A stretch of DNA of 64,000 nt, taken from positions 1 to 64,000 of the forward strand of contig JALDZX010000069.1 of assembly GCA_022813865.1 (NCBI GenBank). Reading direction: 5' to 3'. Origin of the DNA: Xylographa opegraphella. Taxonomy: Eukaryota. The translations under genes and the position numbers were made by a program. Position 1 is the stretch's first letter, and each line of letters opens with the position of its first letter. The notes under the pieces are model-generated. The model had not been told where the DNA came from, did no database searches, and saw only the letters and a list, made by a program, of their open reading frames with translations. This document shows positions 62,595 through 64,000 of this stretch, one piece after another.

Positions 62595-64000
62595 CGTGGT
62601 TGTTCACGCGGGAGGGAAGGGAGACGAGTGATATGGGACGACGAAACAGAGTTGGAGTGGGGTGGATTGCTCACCAGGGAATATGGCATCTTTTGAGACG
62701 CCCGGTCAGGGCAACATCAGCATTACCGTTTGGGGGGGGTGGGTGGGTGGGAGGATTGGTGCTCTAGTTAGAGCGACTTTTCTGTGCAAGTCTGCTGGGT
62801 CGTGCTCCGGAAGCAGGTAGGCTGGTCGGGGAACACGGCGTGCGACTTCCATATCAGTTCGTCTTTGCCCTTTTCAGGCGATGCTTTTGACTTTGGACGA
62901 GAGTTTGACACGAAAGACAGTTGATCGGGACATTGAGGGTGATGACGTTCGTGGCCGTCTTTCGATTGACTGTGCGCAGGGCAACTAGATCCAATTCATT
63001 GCCGCGTAGTAGCTCCGTTCAGCGGTCGCCCATCGGCAGCCCGTTGAGATCTCGGCATGAGGATCAGGGGCCTCCACGATCAGCAGCGATGGCCTCGCGC
63101 GCCCTGCGAAATCATGCCTGAAGGTAAATGTGAATAATCGTGATGGCTGGACGCTTGAAAGGAGACTAGCTGCATGCATAACCGCTAGATGGCCACTCGG
63201 GCTCCGGATGGCAGGCCTCGCTTCCCCCCGCCAGGTACGTCGTCATCGCCATTGGCCAGCGTCATCACCCCGATGGCCGGAAGGAGAAGTTGGCGCATTG
63301 GACTAAAGGGTGCCTGAGGTACTGAGGTACGGTAGGGTACCTTAGTGCGGAGTACCCCCGACCGTCCGTTATTTGTGTGCGTGCCAGCGTTGGCCGTCTA
63401 CCGTAAGGTAGTCTACTGTAAGGTACGGAGTACATTTTGACAAATTCAGAGGGCATCGACCAGCACAGGCCCACTATCCATGACCAAGGTACCGACCTAC
63501 CATACGGTAGTACATGTACTCCGTACCTTAGGTAACTATTCATGCCCCACGGAGGTACTCGATCGAGATCAACTCATCACTCACTCCAAGGAAGTGCCGA
63601 TGCCCCCCAAACCTAGGCTTGCAGTGCTATTTCCGTTGTCACCCATGCTGTATGAGACTGTTGCGGATCGTGTCTACCTACCTATCCACGTGAGTTACCT
63701 TACCTTACCTAACCGTCTTCGAGACCCGTAGCAAGCGAGGTTCGGACATCGGTTCGACGCTCCCCCGGTCCATGTCTGCAGAACGCCAAGAAAACGCAAA
63801 CAACGCTTACATGAAAGCCTGGCTCCCCCGCATCGCTATGCTAAGGTATGATGTGTGCCTTCGAGAACTCCTAGTATCATGCCTCGCACCTTCGGTCCAT
63901 TTACCGCCTTCAATCCATGCCCTCCCATGCGTCCTCCACGGTCGTCGCTCTGCCTTTGCCCTTGTCCGCCCTTCCTTCAGCGCTGGCAGGGGCCGGTGCT

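Overview
Gene-dense nuclear genome window of a filamentous ascomycete (Pezizomycotina), with short GT-AG introns and CTRAY branch points; a lichen-forming/Lecanoromycete origin is a guess from gene style. About 21 protein genes can be reconstructed, including a CCCH-Smr nuclease, TVP38, a GH18 chitinase, YTH1, a DUF1776 protein, an SKG3/CAF120-like PH protein, BRR2, ADK2, MDM38/LETM1, PCD1, TRR1, a YJU3-like lipase, a TRM61-like methyltransferase, CSN1, a DUF3431 protein, an RGS-LOV photoreceptor and several orphans. The left end holds the 3' end of a Ty1/copia-type LTR element next to two tandem Pol III/tRNA-like units and an orphan (GK)n gene. An accessory island at about 37.5-42.4 kb contains an apparently non-coding, multiply spliced unit built from tandemly duplicated exon-intron modules, two minisatellites and an orphan ORF with PP1-docking-like motifs. 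TRR1 has a candidate CUG-initiated mitochondrial presequence, and the lipase gene needs an atypical GC donor. Assembly gaps lie at 1681-1827 and 53406-53459. All calls come from manual reading; no searches were run.
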